Positions 1 to 14,400 of a DNA stretch of 64,000 nucleotides are shown here, one piece after another. Position numbers and translations under genes: made by a program. The DNA is taken from positions 200,076,001 to 200,140,000 of the forward strand of contig NC_086100.1 in NCBI RefSeq assembly GCF_963921235.1. Direction: 5' to 3'. The stretch is from Mobula hypostoma (taxonomy: Eukaryota). Numbering within the stretch: the stretch's first letter is position 1; every line of letters starts with the position of its first letter. Below the pieces are notes generated by a model, which worked only from the letters and a program-made list of their open reading frames with translations, was not told the DNA's origin and did not search any database.

Positions 1-3000
1 AACAGGTATGAGCCTAAACTGAGAACCAGCTGATACTGACTACTCAACAGGTATGAACCGACACTGAGACCCAGCTGATACTGACAACTCAACAGGTATG
101 AGGCTATACTGAGACCCAGCTGATACTGACTACTCAACAGGTATGAGCCTACAGTGAGACCCAGCTGATACTGACTCCTCAACAGGTATGAGCCGAGACT
201 AAGACCCAGCTGATACTGACTACTCAAGAGGTATAAACCTACACTGAGACTGAGCTGATACTGACTGCTCAACAGGTATGAACCTGCAGTGAGACCCAGC
301 TGATACTGACTGCTCAACAGGTATGAGCCTACACTGAGACCCAGCTGATACTGACTACTCAACAGGTAAGAGCCGACACTGAGACCCAGCTGATACTGAC
401 TACTCAACAGATATAAGCCTACACTGAGACCCAGCTGACACTGAGTACTCAACAGGTATGAGCCTACACTGAGACCCAGCTGATACTGACTACTCAACAG
501 GTATAAACCTACACTGAGACCCAGCTGATACTGACTACTCAACAGGTATAAGCCTACACTGAGATCCAGCTGATACTGACTGCTCAACAGGTATAAGCCG
601 ACACTGAGATCCAGCTGATACTGATAACTCAACAGGTATGAAGCAACACTGAGACCCAGCTGATACTGACTACTCAACAGGTATGAGCCGACACTGAGAC
701 CCAGCTGATACTGACTACTCAACAGGTATGAGCCTACACTGAGACCCAGCTGATACTGACTACTCAACAGGTATGAGCCTACACTGAGATCCAGCTGATA
801 CTGACTGCTGAACAGGTATGAACGGACACTGAGACCCAGCTGATACTGACTGCTCAACAGGTATGAGCCTACACTGAGACCCAGCTGATACTGACTACTC
901 AACAGGTATAAACCTGCACTGAGACCCAGCTGATGCTGACTGCTCAAAAGGTATGAAACTACACTGAGAGCAAGCTGATACTGACTACTCAACAGGTATG
1001 AGCCTATACTAAGACCCAGCTGATACAGACTACTCAAGAGGTATGAGCCTACAGTGAGACCCAGCTGATATTGACTACTGAACAGGTATGAACCTACACT
1101 GAGACCCAGCTGATACTGACTACTCAACAGGTATGAAGCTACACTGAGACCCAGCTGATACTGACTACTCAACAGGTATGAGCCTACACTGAGACCCAGC
1201 TGATACTGACTGCTCAACAGGTATAAGCCTACACTGAGACCCAGCTGATACTGACTACTCAACAGGTATGAACCTACACTGAGACCCAGCTGATACTGAC
1301 TACTCAACAGGTATGAGCCTACACTGAGACCCAGCTGATACTGACTACTCAACAGGTATGAACCTACACTGAGACCCAGCTGATACTGACTACTCAACAG
1401 GTATGAAGCTACACTGAGACCCAGCTGATACTGACTACTCAACAGGTATGAGCCTACACTGAGACCCAGCTGATACTGACTACTCAACAGGTATAAACCT
1501 GCACTGAGACCCAGCTGATGCTGACTGCTCAACAGGTATGAAACTGCACTGAGACCCAGCTGATACTGACTACTCAACAGGTATGAGCCTATACTAAGAC
1601 CCAGCTGATACTGACTACTCAACAGGTATGAGCCTACAGTGAGACCCAGCTGATACTGACTACTCAACAGGTATGAACCTACACTGAGACCCAGCTGATA
1701 CTGACTACTCAACAGGTATGAACCTACACTGAGACCCAGCTGATACTGACTGCTCAACAGGTATGAGCCTACACTGAGATCCAGCTGATACTGACTGCTC
1801 AACAGGTATGATCCTACACTGAGATCCAGCTGATACTGACTGCTCAACAGGTATGAAGCAACACTGAGACCCAGCTGATACTGACTACTCAACAGGTATG
1901 AGCCTACACTGAGACCCAGCTGATACTGACTACTCAACAGGTATGAGCCTACACTGAGACCCAGCTGATACTGACTGCTCAACAGGTATGAACGGACACT
2001 GAGACCCAGCTGATACTGACTGCTCAACAGGTATGAGCCTACACTGAGACCCAGCTGATACTGACTACTCAACAGGTATGAGCCTACACTGAGACCCAGC
2101 TGATACTGACTACTCAACAGGTATGAACCTACACTGAGACCCAGCTGATACTGACTGCTCAACAGGTATGAGCCTACACTGAGACCCAGCTGATACTGAC
2201 TACTCAACAGGTATAAGCCTACACTGAGATCCAGCTGATACTGACTGCTCAACAGGTATGAGCCTACACTGAGACCCAGCTGATACTGACTACTCAACAG
2301 GTATAACCTACACTGAGACCCAGCTGATACTGACTACTCAACAGGTAAGAACCTACAGTGAGACCCAGATGATACTGACTACTCAACAGGTATGAAGCTA
2401 CACTGAGACCCAACTGATACTGACTACTCAAGAGGTATGAGCCTACACTGAGACCCAGCTGATGCTGACGGCTCAACAGGTATAAACCTGCACTGAGACC
2501 CAGCTGATGCTGACTGCTCAACAGGTATGAAACTACACTGAGAGCAAGCTGATACTGACTACTCAACAGGTATGAGCCTATACTAAGACCCAGCTGATAC
2601 AGACTACTCAAGAGGTATGAGCCTACAGTGAGACCCAGCTGATATTGACTATTGAACAGGTATGAACCTACAGTGAGACACAGATGATACTAACTACTCA
2701 ACAAGTATGAGCCTACACTGAGACCCAGCTGATACTGACTACTCAACAGGTATGAACCTACACTGAGACCCATCTGATACTGACTACTCAACAGGTATGA
2801 AGCTACACTGAGACCCAGCTGATACTGACAACTCAACAGGTATGAGCCTACACTGAGACCCAGCTGATACTGACTACTCAACAGGTATAAACCTGCACTG
2901 AGACCCAGCTGATACTGACTGCTCAACAGGTATGAAACTACACTGAGACCCAGCTGATACTGACTACTCAACAGGTATGAGCCTACACTGAGACCCAGCT

Positions 3001-6000
3001 GATACTGACTACTCAACAGGTATGAGCCTACACTGAGACCCAGCTGATACTGACTACTCAACAGGTATGAACCTACACTGAGACCCAGCTGATACTGACT
3101 ACTCAACAGGTATGAACCTACACTGAGACCCAGCTGATACTGACTACTCAACAGGTATGAACCTACACTGAGACCCAGCTGATACTGACTGCTCAACAGG
3201 TATGAGCCTACACTGAGACCCAGCTGATACTGACTACTCAACAGGTATGAAGCAACACTGAGACCCAGCTGATACTGACTACTCAACAGGTATGAGCCTA
3301 CACTGAGACCCAGCTGATACTGACTACTCAACAGGTATGAGCCTACACTGAGACCCAGCTGATACTGACTGCTCAACAGGTATGAACGGACACTGAGACC
3401 CAGCTGATACTGACTGCTCAACAGGTATGAGCCTACACTGAGACCCAGCTGATACTGACTACTCAACAGGTATGAGCCTACACTGAGACCCAGCTGATAC
3501 TGACTACTCAACAGGTATGAACCTACACTGAGACCCAGCTGATACAGACTGCTCAACAGGTATGAGCCTACACTGAGACCCAGCTGATACTGACTACTCA
3601 ACAGGTGTGAGCCTACACTGAGACCGGGCTGATACTGACTACTCAACAGGTATGAAGCTACACTGAGACCCAGCTGATACTGACTGCTCAACAGGTATTA
3701 GCCTACACTGAGACCCAGCTGATACTGACTACTCAAAAGGTATGAGCCTACACTGAGACCCAGCTGATACTGACTGCTCAGCAGGTATGGGCCTACTGTG
3801 AGACCCAGCTGATACTGACTACTCAACAGGTATGAGCCTACACTGAGACCCAGCTGATACTGACTACTCAACAGTATGAGCCTACACTGAGACCCAGCTG
3901 ATACTGACTACTCAACAGGTATGAACCTACACTGAGACCCAGCTGATACTGACTACTCAACAGGTATGAGCCTACACTGAGACCCAGCTGATACTGACTA
4001 CTCAACAGGTATGAACCTACACTGAGACCCAGCTGATACTGACTGCTCAACAGGTATGAGCCTACACTGAGATCCAGCTGATACTGACTGCTCAACAGGT
4101 ATGAAGCAACACTGAGACCCAGCTGATACTGACTACTCAACAGGTATGAGCCTACACTGAGACCCAGCTGATACTGACTACTCAACAGGTATGAGCCTAC
4201 ACTGAGACCCAGCTGATACTGACTGCTCAACAGGTATGAACGGACACTGAGACCCAGCTGATACTGACTGCTCAACAGGTATGAGCCTACACTGAGACCC
4301 AGCTGATACTGACTACTCAACAGGTATGAGCCTACACTGAGACCCAGCTGATACTGACTACTCAACAGGTATGAACCTACACTGAGACCCAGCTGATACA
4401 GACTGCTCAACAGGTATGAGCCTACACTGAGACCCAGCTGATACTGACTACTCAACAGGTGTGAGCCTACACTGAGACCGGGCTGATACTGACTACTCAA
4501 CAGGTATAAGCCTACACTGAGACCCAGCTGATACTGACTGCTCAACAGGTCTGAGCCTACACTGAGACCCAGCTGATACTGACTACTCAACAGGTATGAG
4601 CCTACACTGAGACCCAGCTGATACTGACTGCTCAACAGGTATGGGCCTACAGTGAGACCCAGCTGATACTGACTACTCAACAGGTATGAACCTACAGTGA
4701 GACCCAGATGATACTGACTACTCAACAGGTATGAGCCTACACTGAGACCCAGCTGATACTGACTACTCAACAGGTATGAACCTACACTGAGACCCAGCTG
4801 ATACTGACTACTCAACAGGTATGAACCTACACTGAGACCCAGCTGATACTGACTACTCAACAGGTATAAACCTACACTGAGACCCAGCTGATACTGAATG
4901 CTCAACAGGTATGAGCCTACACTGAGACGCAGCTGATACTGACTGCTCAACAGGTATGAAGCAACACTGAGACCCAGCTGATACTGACTACTCAACAGGT
5001 ATGAGCCTACACTGAGACCCAGCTGATACTGACTACTCAACAGGTATGAGCCTACACTGAGACCCAGCTGATACTGACTGCTCAACAGGTATGAACGGAC
5101 ACTGAGACCCAGCTGATACTGACTGCTCAACAGGTATGAGCCTACACTGAGACCCAGCTGATACTGACTACTCAACAGGTATGAGCCTACACTGAGACCC
5201 AGCTGATACTGACTACTCAACAGGTATGAACCTACACTGAGACCCAGCTGATACTGACTGCTCAACAGGTATGAGCCTACACTGAGACCCAGCTGATACT
5301 GACTACTCAACAGGTATGAGCCTACACTGAGACCGGGCTGATACTGACTACTCAACAGGTATGAAGCTAAACAGAGACCCAACTGATACTGTCTGTTCAA
5401 CAGGTATTAGCCTACACTGAGACCCAGCTGATACTGACTACTCAACAGGTATGAGCCTACTCTGAGACCCAGCTGATACTGACTACTCAACAGGTATGAA
5501 CCTACACTGAGACCCAGCTGATACTGACTGCTCAACAGGTATGAGCCTACACTGAGACCCAGCTGATACTGACTACTCAACAGGTATGAGCCTACACTGA
5601 GACCGGGCTGATACTGACTACTCAACAGGTATGAGCCTACACTGAGACCGGGCTGATACTGACTACTCAACAGGTATAAACCTACACTGAGATCCAGCTG
5701 ATACTGACTGCTCAACAGGTATGAATGTACACTGAGACCCAGCTGATACTGACTAGTCAACAGGTATGAGCCTACACTGAGACCCAGCTGATACTGACTA
5801 CTCAACAGGTATGAGCCTACAGTGAGACCCAGCTGATACTGACTACTCAAGAGGTATGAACCTACACTGAGACCCAGCTGATACTGACTACTCAACAGGT
5901 ATGAGCGTACACTGAGACCCAGCTGATACTGACTACTCAACAGGTATAAACCTACACTGAGACCCAGCTGATACTGACTGCTCAACAGGTATGAGCCTAC

Positions 6001-9000
6001 ACTGAGATCCAGCTGATACTGACTACTCAACAGGTATGAAGCTACACTGAGACCCAGCTGATACTGACTACTCAACAGGTATGAGCCTACACTGAGACCC
6101 AGCTGATACTGACTACTCAACAGGTATGAGCCTACACTGAGACCCAGCTGATACTGACTGCTCAACAGGTATGAACGGACACTGAGACCCAGCTGATAGT
6201 GACTGCTCAACAGGTATGAGCCTACACTGAGACCCAGCTGATACTGACTGCACAACAGGAATGAGCCTACACAGAGACCCAGCTGATACTGACTACTCAA
6301 CAGGTATAAGCCTGCACTGAGATCCAGCTGATGCTGTCTGCTCAACAGGTATAAGCCTAGACTGTGTTCCAGCTGATACTGACTACTCAAAAGGTATGAA
6401 TCTACACTGAGACCCAGCTGATACTGACTGCTCAACAGGTATAAGCCTACACTGAGATCCAGCTGATACTGACTAGTCAACAGGTATGAGCCTAAAGTGA
6501 GAACCAGCTGATACTGACTACTCAACAGGTATGAACCGACACTGAGACCCAGCTGATACTGACTACTCAACAGGTATGAGGCTATACTGAGACCCAGCTG
6601 ATACTGACTACTCAACAGGTATGAGCCTACAGTGAGACCCAGCTGATACTGACTGCTCAACAGGTATGAGCCGAGACTAAGACCCAGCTGATACTGACTA
6701 CTCAAGAGGTATAAACCTACACTGAGACTGAGCTGATACTGACTGCTCAACAGGTATGAACCTACAGTGAGACCCAGCTGATACTGACTGCTCAACAGGT
6801 ATGAGCCTACACTGAGACCCAGCTGATACTGACTACTCAACAGGTAAGAGCCGACACTGAGACCCAGCTGATACTGACTACTCAACAGATATAAGCCTAC
6901 ACTGAGACCCAGCTGACACTGAGTACTCAACAGGTATGAGCCTACACTGAGACCCAGCTGATACTGACTACTCAACAGGTATAAACCTACACTGAGACCC
7001 AGCTGATACTGACTACTCAACAGGTATAAGCCTACACTGAGATCCAGCTGATACTGACTGCTCAACAGGTATAAACCGACACTGAGATCCAGCTGATACT
7101 GATAACTCAACAGGTATGAAGCAACACTGAGACCCAGCTGATACTGACTACTCAACAGGTATGAGCCGACACTGAGACCCAGCTGATACTGACTACTCAA
7201 CAGGTATGAGCCTACACTGAGACCCAGCTGATACTGACTACTCAACAGGTATGAGCCTACACTGAGATCCAGCTGATACTGACTGCTGAACAGGTATGAA
7301 CGGACACTGAGACCCAGCTGATACTGACTGCTCAACAGGTATGAGCCTACACTGAGAACCAGCTGATACTGACTACTCAACAGGTATGAGCCTAAACTGA
7401 GACCCAGCTGATACTGACAACTCAACAGGTATGAACCTACACTGAGACCCAGCTGATATTGACTACTCAACAGGTATGAGCCTACACTGAGACTGAGCTG
7501 ATACTGACTACTCGACTGGTATAAACCTACACAGAGACCCAGCTGATACTGACTACTCAACAGGTGTAAGCCGACACTGAGACCCAGCTGATACTGACTA
7601 CTCAACAGGTATGAAGCTACACTGAGACCCAGCTGATACTGACTGCTCAACAGGTATAAGCCTGCACTGAGATCCAGCTGATGCTGTCTGCTCAACAGGT
7701 ATGAAGCTGCACTGAGACCCAGCTGATACTGACTACTCAACAGGTATGAGCCTATACTAAGACCCAGCTGATACTGACTACTCAACAGGTATGAGCCTAC
7801 AGTGAGACCCAGCTGCTACTGACTACTCAACAGGTATGAACGTACACTGAGACCCAGCTGATACTGACTACTCAACAGGTATGAACCTACACTGAGACCC
7901 AGCTGATACTGTCTACTCAACAGGTATGAGCCTACACTGAGACCCAGCTGATACTGACTGCTCAACAGGTATGAACGTACACTGAGACCCAGCTGATACT
8001 GACTACTGAACAGGTATGAACCCACACTGAGACCCAGCTGATACTGACTGCTCAACAGGTATGAACGTACACTGAGACCCAGCTGATACTGACTGCTCAA
8101 CAGGTATGAGCCTACACTGAGACCCAGCTGATACTGACTACTCAACAGGTATGAAGCTACACTGAGACACAACTGATACTGACTACTCAACAGGTATGAG
8201 CCTACACTGAGACCCAGCTGATACTGACTGCTCAACAGGTATAAGCCTGCACTGAGATCCAGCTGATGCTGACTGCTCAACAGGTATGAAGCTGCACTGA
8301 GACCCAGCTGATACTGACTACTCAACAGGTATGAGCCTATACTAAGACCCAGCTGATACTGACTACTCAACAGGTATGAACCGACACTGAGACCCAGCTG
8401 ATACTGACTACTCAACAGGTATGAGGCTATACTGAGACCCAGCTGATACTGACTACTCAACAGGTATGAGCCTACAGTGAGACCCAGCTGATACTGACTC
8501 CTCAACAGGTATGAGCCGAGACTAAGACCCAGCTGATACTGACTACTCAAGAGGTATAAACCTACACTGAGACTGAGCTGATACTGACTGCTCAACAGGT
8601 ATGAACCTACAGTGAGACCCAGCTGATACTGACTGCTCAACAGGTATGAGCCTACACTGAGACCCAGCTGATACTGACTACTCAACAGGTAAGAGCCGAC
8701 ACTGAGACCCAGCTGATACTGACTACTCAACAGGTATAAACCTACACTGAGACCCAGCTGATACTGACTACTCAACAGGTATAAGCCTACACTGAGATCC
8801 AGCTGATACTGACTGCTCAACAGGTATAAACCGACACGGAGATCCAGCTGATACTGATAACTCAACAGGTATGAAGCAACACTGAGACCCAGCTGATACT
8901 GACTACTCAACAGGTATGAGCCGACACTGAGACCCAGCTGATACTGACTACTCAACAGGTATGAGCCTACACTGAGACCCAGCTGATACTGACTACTCAA

Positions 9001-11452
9001 CAGGTATGAGCCTACACTGAGATCCAGCTGATACTGACTGCTGAACAGGTATGAACGGACACTGTGACCCAGCTGATACTGACTGCTCAACAGGTATGAG
9101 CCTACACTGAGAACCAGCTGATACTGACTACTCAACAGGTATGAGCCTAAACTGAGACCCAGCTGATACTGACTACTCAACAGGTATGAACCTACACTGA
9201 GACCCAGCTGATATTGACTACTCAACAGGTATGAGCCTACACTGAGACTGAGCTGATACTGACTACTCAACAGGTATAAACCTACACTGAGACCCAGCTG
9301 ATATTGACTACTCAACAGGTGTAAGCCGACACTGAGACCCAGCTGATACTGACTACTCAACAGGTAGAAGCTACACTGAGACCCAGCTGATACTGACTGC
9401 TCAACAGGTATAAGCCTGCACTGAGATCCAGCTGATGCTGTCTGCTCAACAGGTATGAAGCTGCACTGAGACCCAGCTGATACTGACTACTCAACAGGTA
9501 TGAGCCTATACTAAAACCCAGCTGATACTGACTACTCAACAGGTATGAGCCTACAGTGAGACCCAGCTGATACTGACTACTCAACAGGTATGAACGTACA
9601 CTGAGACCCAGCTGATACTGACTACTCAACAGGTATGAACCTACACTGAGACCCAGCTGATACTGACTACTCAACAGGTATGAGCCTACACTGAGACCCA
9701 GCTGATACTGACTGCTCAACAGGTATGAACGTACACTGAGACCCAGCTGATACTGACTACTGAACAGGTATGAGCCCACACTGAGACCCAGCTGATACTG
9801 ACTGCTCAAAAGGTATGAACGTACACTGAGACCCAGCTGATACTGACTGCTCAACAGGTATGAGCCTACACTGAGACCCAGCTGATACTGACTACTCAAC
9901 AGGTATGAAGCTACACTGAGACCCAACTGATACTGACTACTCAACAGGTATGAGCCTACACTGAGACCCAGCTGATACTGACTGCTCAACAGGTATAAGC
10001 CTGCACTGAGATCCAGCTGATGCTGACTGCTCAACATGTATGAAGCTGCACTGAGACCCAGCTGATACTGACTACTCAACAGGTATGAGCCTACACTGAG
10101 ACCCAGCTGATACTGACTACTCAACAGGTATGAGGCTATACTGAGACCCAGCTGATACTGACTACTCAACAGGTATGAGCCTACAGTGAGACCCAGCTGA
10201 TACTGACTGCTCAACAGGTATGAGCCTACACTAAGACCCAGCTGATACTGACTACTCAAGAGGTATAAACCTACACTGAGACTGAGCTGATACTGACTGC
10301 TCAACAGGTATGAACCTACAGTGAGACCCAGCTGATACTGACTGCTCAACAGGTATGAGCCTACACTGAGACCCAGCTGATACTGACTACTCAACAGGTA
10401 TGAGCCTACACTGAGACCCAGCTGATACTGACTACTCAACAGGTATAAGCCTACACTGAGACCCAGCTGATACTGACTACTCAACAGGTATGAGCCTACA
10501 CTGAGACCCAGCTGATACTGACTACTCAACAGGTATAAACCTACACTGAGACCCAGCTGATACTGACTACTCAACAGGTATAAGCCTACACTGAGATCCA
10601 GCTGATACTGACTGCTCAACAGGTATAAGCCTACACTGAGATCCAGCTGATACTGATAACTCAACAGGTATGAAGCAACACTGAGACCCAGCTGATACTG
10701 ACTACTCAACAGGTATGAGCCTACACTGAGACCCAGCTGATACTGACTACTCAACAGGTATGAGCCTACACTGAGACCCAGCTGATACTGACTACTCAAC
10801 AGGTATGAGCCTACACTGAGACCCAGCTGATACTGACTGCTCAACAGGTATGAACGGACACTGAGACCCAGCTGATACTGACTGCTCAACAGGTATGAGC
10901 CTACACTGAGACCCAGCTGATACTGACTACTCAACAGGTATGAGCCTACACTGAGACCCAGCTGATACTGACTACTCAACAGGTATGAACCTACACTGAG
11001 ACCCAACTGATACTGACTACTCAACAGGTATGAGCCTACACTGAGACCCAGCTGATACTGACTACTCAACAGGTATAAACTACACTGAGACCCAGCTGAT
11101 ACTGACTACTCAACAGGTATAAACCTACACTGAGACCCAGCTGATACTGACTACTCAACAGGTATAAACCTACACTGAGATCCAGCTGATACTGACTACT
11201 CAACAGGTATAAACTACACTGAGACCCAACTGATACTGACTACTCAACAGGTATGAGCCTACACTGAGACCCAGCTGATACTGACTACTCAACAGGTATA
11301 AACTACACTGAGACCCAACTGATACTGACTACTCAACAGGTATGAGCCTACACTGAGACCCAGCTGGTACTGACTACTGAACAGGTATAAACTACACTGA
11401 GACCCAGCTGATACTGACTACTCAACTGGTATGAGCTTACACTGAGACCCAG
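1..11452. repeat. 45-bp tandem satellite/minisatellite array, about 254 units, open at the left window edge
   Basis: Consensus AACAGGTATGAGCCTACACTGAGACCCAGCTGATACTGACTACTC recurs every 45 nt (starts at 1, 46, 91, 136, 181...). Occasional 44-nt units occur at about 2305, 3873, 9365 and several after 11070. The array ends abruptly at ...GAGACCCAG|AAGACATC. Confidence 0.98.
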
Positions 11453-14400
11453 AAGACATCTTTTTGTTTTTCTTCTGTTTTTTTACTGGAACTGCCACTT
11501 TAGCCTCTTTTATCCTATTCTTGAAAAGATACTGTACTTAAGAAGGTTGTTTATGCCGTCAGAATAGCTTTATTATATTGCCTATTTTTATTATTTATAA
11601 CATTTTTGTTTGTTTTAATTCTATTGAGATGGAACTCCATGGACCTGAATGAACATTTAAAATAGACAATTCTAGCATACAGTTCAGTTGTTATTTGATT
11701 TTATTTTTATGTTAAGTGGGTTGAGTATATAATGTTCAAGATATAATAAGCTGCATGGCTGATGGACACCACCATTGCCTATGGAGTTAGGTTCGCATAG
11801 TTTAGCTACTCCTCCATAGAGTGGATCAGCACAAGCCCTATAGTTTTTTGTTTTGAGTAAGGGAGGGGGAATTCAAGAGTTCGAGTGTCTATATGTGTAA
11901 ATGTATATGTGCTTTTTGTTTTTCTATATGTATGCCGTGCACCCAACACAGCAGTAATATTTCTTACTCCTTTTCCTGGTATAATTGACATGTACTGCTA
12001 CGGAACAAACGAATACTGAGAATATCTTTAATGTAAAAGTCACAAGCTGGAATGTTAGGGGTCTAAAGAAGTTAACCAAATTGAAACAGGTTATAAATAG
12101 GATCAAACACATTAAGTCCAAAATAATTTTTCTTCAAGAAACCCATCTGACAATCTCAGATATTAAATTAGTACGGAATAGATGGCCTGGTCAAGTAATA
12201 TATGCAACATACAACAACTATGCTGGAGTGTACTTATCCTTATTCATAGAATGATACCATTTCAAATTATAAAAACAATCCAAGACTCAGCCGGAAGGTA
12301 TGTTATTACGCAAGGTAATATCCTTTCTTTCACATTAAACCTAGTCAGTATATATGGCCCAAACGAGGATAATCCTAAATTTTTTGAAAATTTTTCCTTA
12401 CTGTGTCCTCTTTACGAGGCTTTTATATCATTGGAGGAGACCTCAATTGTACTTTAAACCCAGCAATGGATTGCTCTACAGGCTGTGATACCTATAAGGC
12501 ACAAACTAGAAAATTACTAAAACAATACATTGTGGATATAAATTTGGTTGAAGTATGGACAGAACAAACCCCTGGCAAACTAGAATACTCGTATCATTCA
12601 GGTACATGTAAATCTTGTTCTTGTATTGATTATTCTCTTGTCTCAAGAGAGCTCTTATCAAAGATTAAAAGTTGCTGGCATGATAGCATAGTAACAAGCG
12701 ACCATGCTGCTATTTCATTAAGTATTCATACAGAGAAATTTATTCACAGTCCCCCTAACTTGTGATTTCAGGTGAGATGGCTACAAAACCCAGACTTTGT
12801 TAAATTTGTGGGAACTAAAATAGATGGTTATTTTGAGTTAAATACAGATCAAATTAGTGCCAGCATGAGATGGGAGGTGTTCATGGCATATATTAGAGGA
12901 GAAATCATTAGTTATACAAGCTCTAATATCAAACAACAAAAATAGAGATGGAAACTTTGGAAAAACAAATTAAATCTTTAGAGATAGAACTAAGTGAAAG
13001 GGATGATCCAACAAAACAAAGAGATCTGCTACTTTTGAGAGCCAAAATATAAATAATATAATAATATATAATAAATATAATAAATTATCTGCTGATAAAG
13101 CTGCACAAAGTTGAATGTGGCTGAAGAAATCTTATCACGATCATGGAGAAAAAGCTGGGAAAATCTTGGCGTAGAGAATTTAAAAAATGGATTAGATTAG
13201 ATTAGATTCAATTTTATTGTCATTGTACCGAGTACAGATACAAAGCCAATGAAATGCAGTTAGCATCTGACCAGAAATGCAAAGGATGGTATTATTTACA
13301 AAATAACTGCAAATAAAAAGTAGGTGCTATAGCACACAAATATAAAAGTACTGAGACAGTACAATACGGATGTAATACTGCTCAGCGCTGTGATGTGAGG
13401 TTCAGCAGTGTCACAGCCTCAGGGAAGAAGCTCTTCCTGTGCCTGCTGGTGTGGGAGCGGAGGCTCCTGTAGAGCCTACCGGAAGGGAGGAGAGTAAAAA
13501 GTCCATGGTTAGGGTGAGATGCATCCTTGATAATGCTTTTCACCCTGCCCAGGCAGCGTTTATGGTAGATGTTCTCAATGGTGGGCAATTGGGTGCTGAT
13601 AATCCACTGGGCAGTTTTCACCACACGCTGGAGTGCTTTGCGGTCTGATACGGGACAATTGCCATACCGCACTGAGATGCAGTTGGTGAGTATGCTCTCA
13701 ATGGTACAGCGGTAAAAGTCCGTCAGTATCCTGGGACAGAGGTGAGCTTTCTTAATGCTCCACAGGAAATAAAGGCGCTGTTGCACCTTTTTGATCAGGA
13801 TGAAGGAGTTCAAGGACCAGGTCAGATCCTCGGAAATGTGGACACCAAGGAATTTGAAGCTTGATACACGCTCCTCTACAGCTCCGTTGATGTAGATGGG
13901 GATGTGAGTGTGGCTCCTAGCATGCTTGAGGTCCACAATGATCTCCTTGCTCTTCTGGGTGTTAAAGGTCAGGTTGTTGTTGGCACACCACATGGCCAGG
14001 TGCTGAACCTCATCCCTGTATGCCATCTCGTCATCCCCTCTGATCAGGCCAACCACCGTGGTGTCATCTGCGAACTTGATTATGGAGTTAGAACCATGTA
14101 CAGGAAGGCAGTCATAGGTGAAAAGGGAGTACAGAAGAGGGCTCAGCACACAGCCTTGAGGCACGCCGGTGTTCAGGGTGAGAGTGGAGGAGGAGAGGTT
14201 GTCTAACTTAACTGATTGGGGTCTGTTAGTCAGAAAGTCCAAGGTCCAATTGCAGAGGGATGAGCTGATACCAAACTGGCGAAGTTTGGTGATCAGCTTG
14301 GAGGGGATCACAGTATTGAATGCCGAACTAAAGTCAATGAACAGCATTCTGACGTAAGAGTTGGGGCTGTCCTGGTGGGTCAGGGCAGAGTGAAGTGCCG

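Noticed and set aside
2294..11069. Calling the long minus-strand ORFs protein-coding genes
   Set aside because: They arise from a 45-bp unit lacking a stop in one frame. The starts are non-ATG, and frameshifts and stops interrupt them. Kept only as a low-interest finding.
1..11452. CRISPR array
   Set aside because: The units are contiguous 45-bp monomers with only point variants and no unique spacers. There are no cas genes and the context is eukaryotic.
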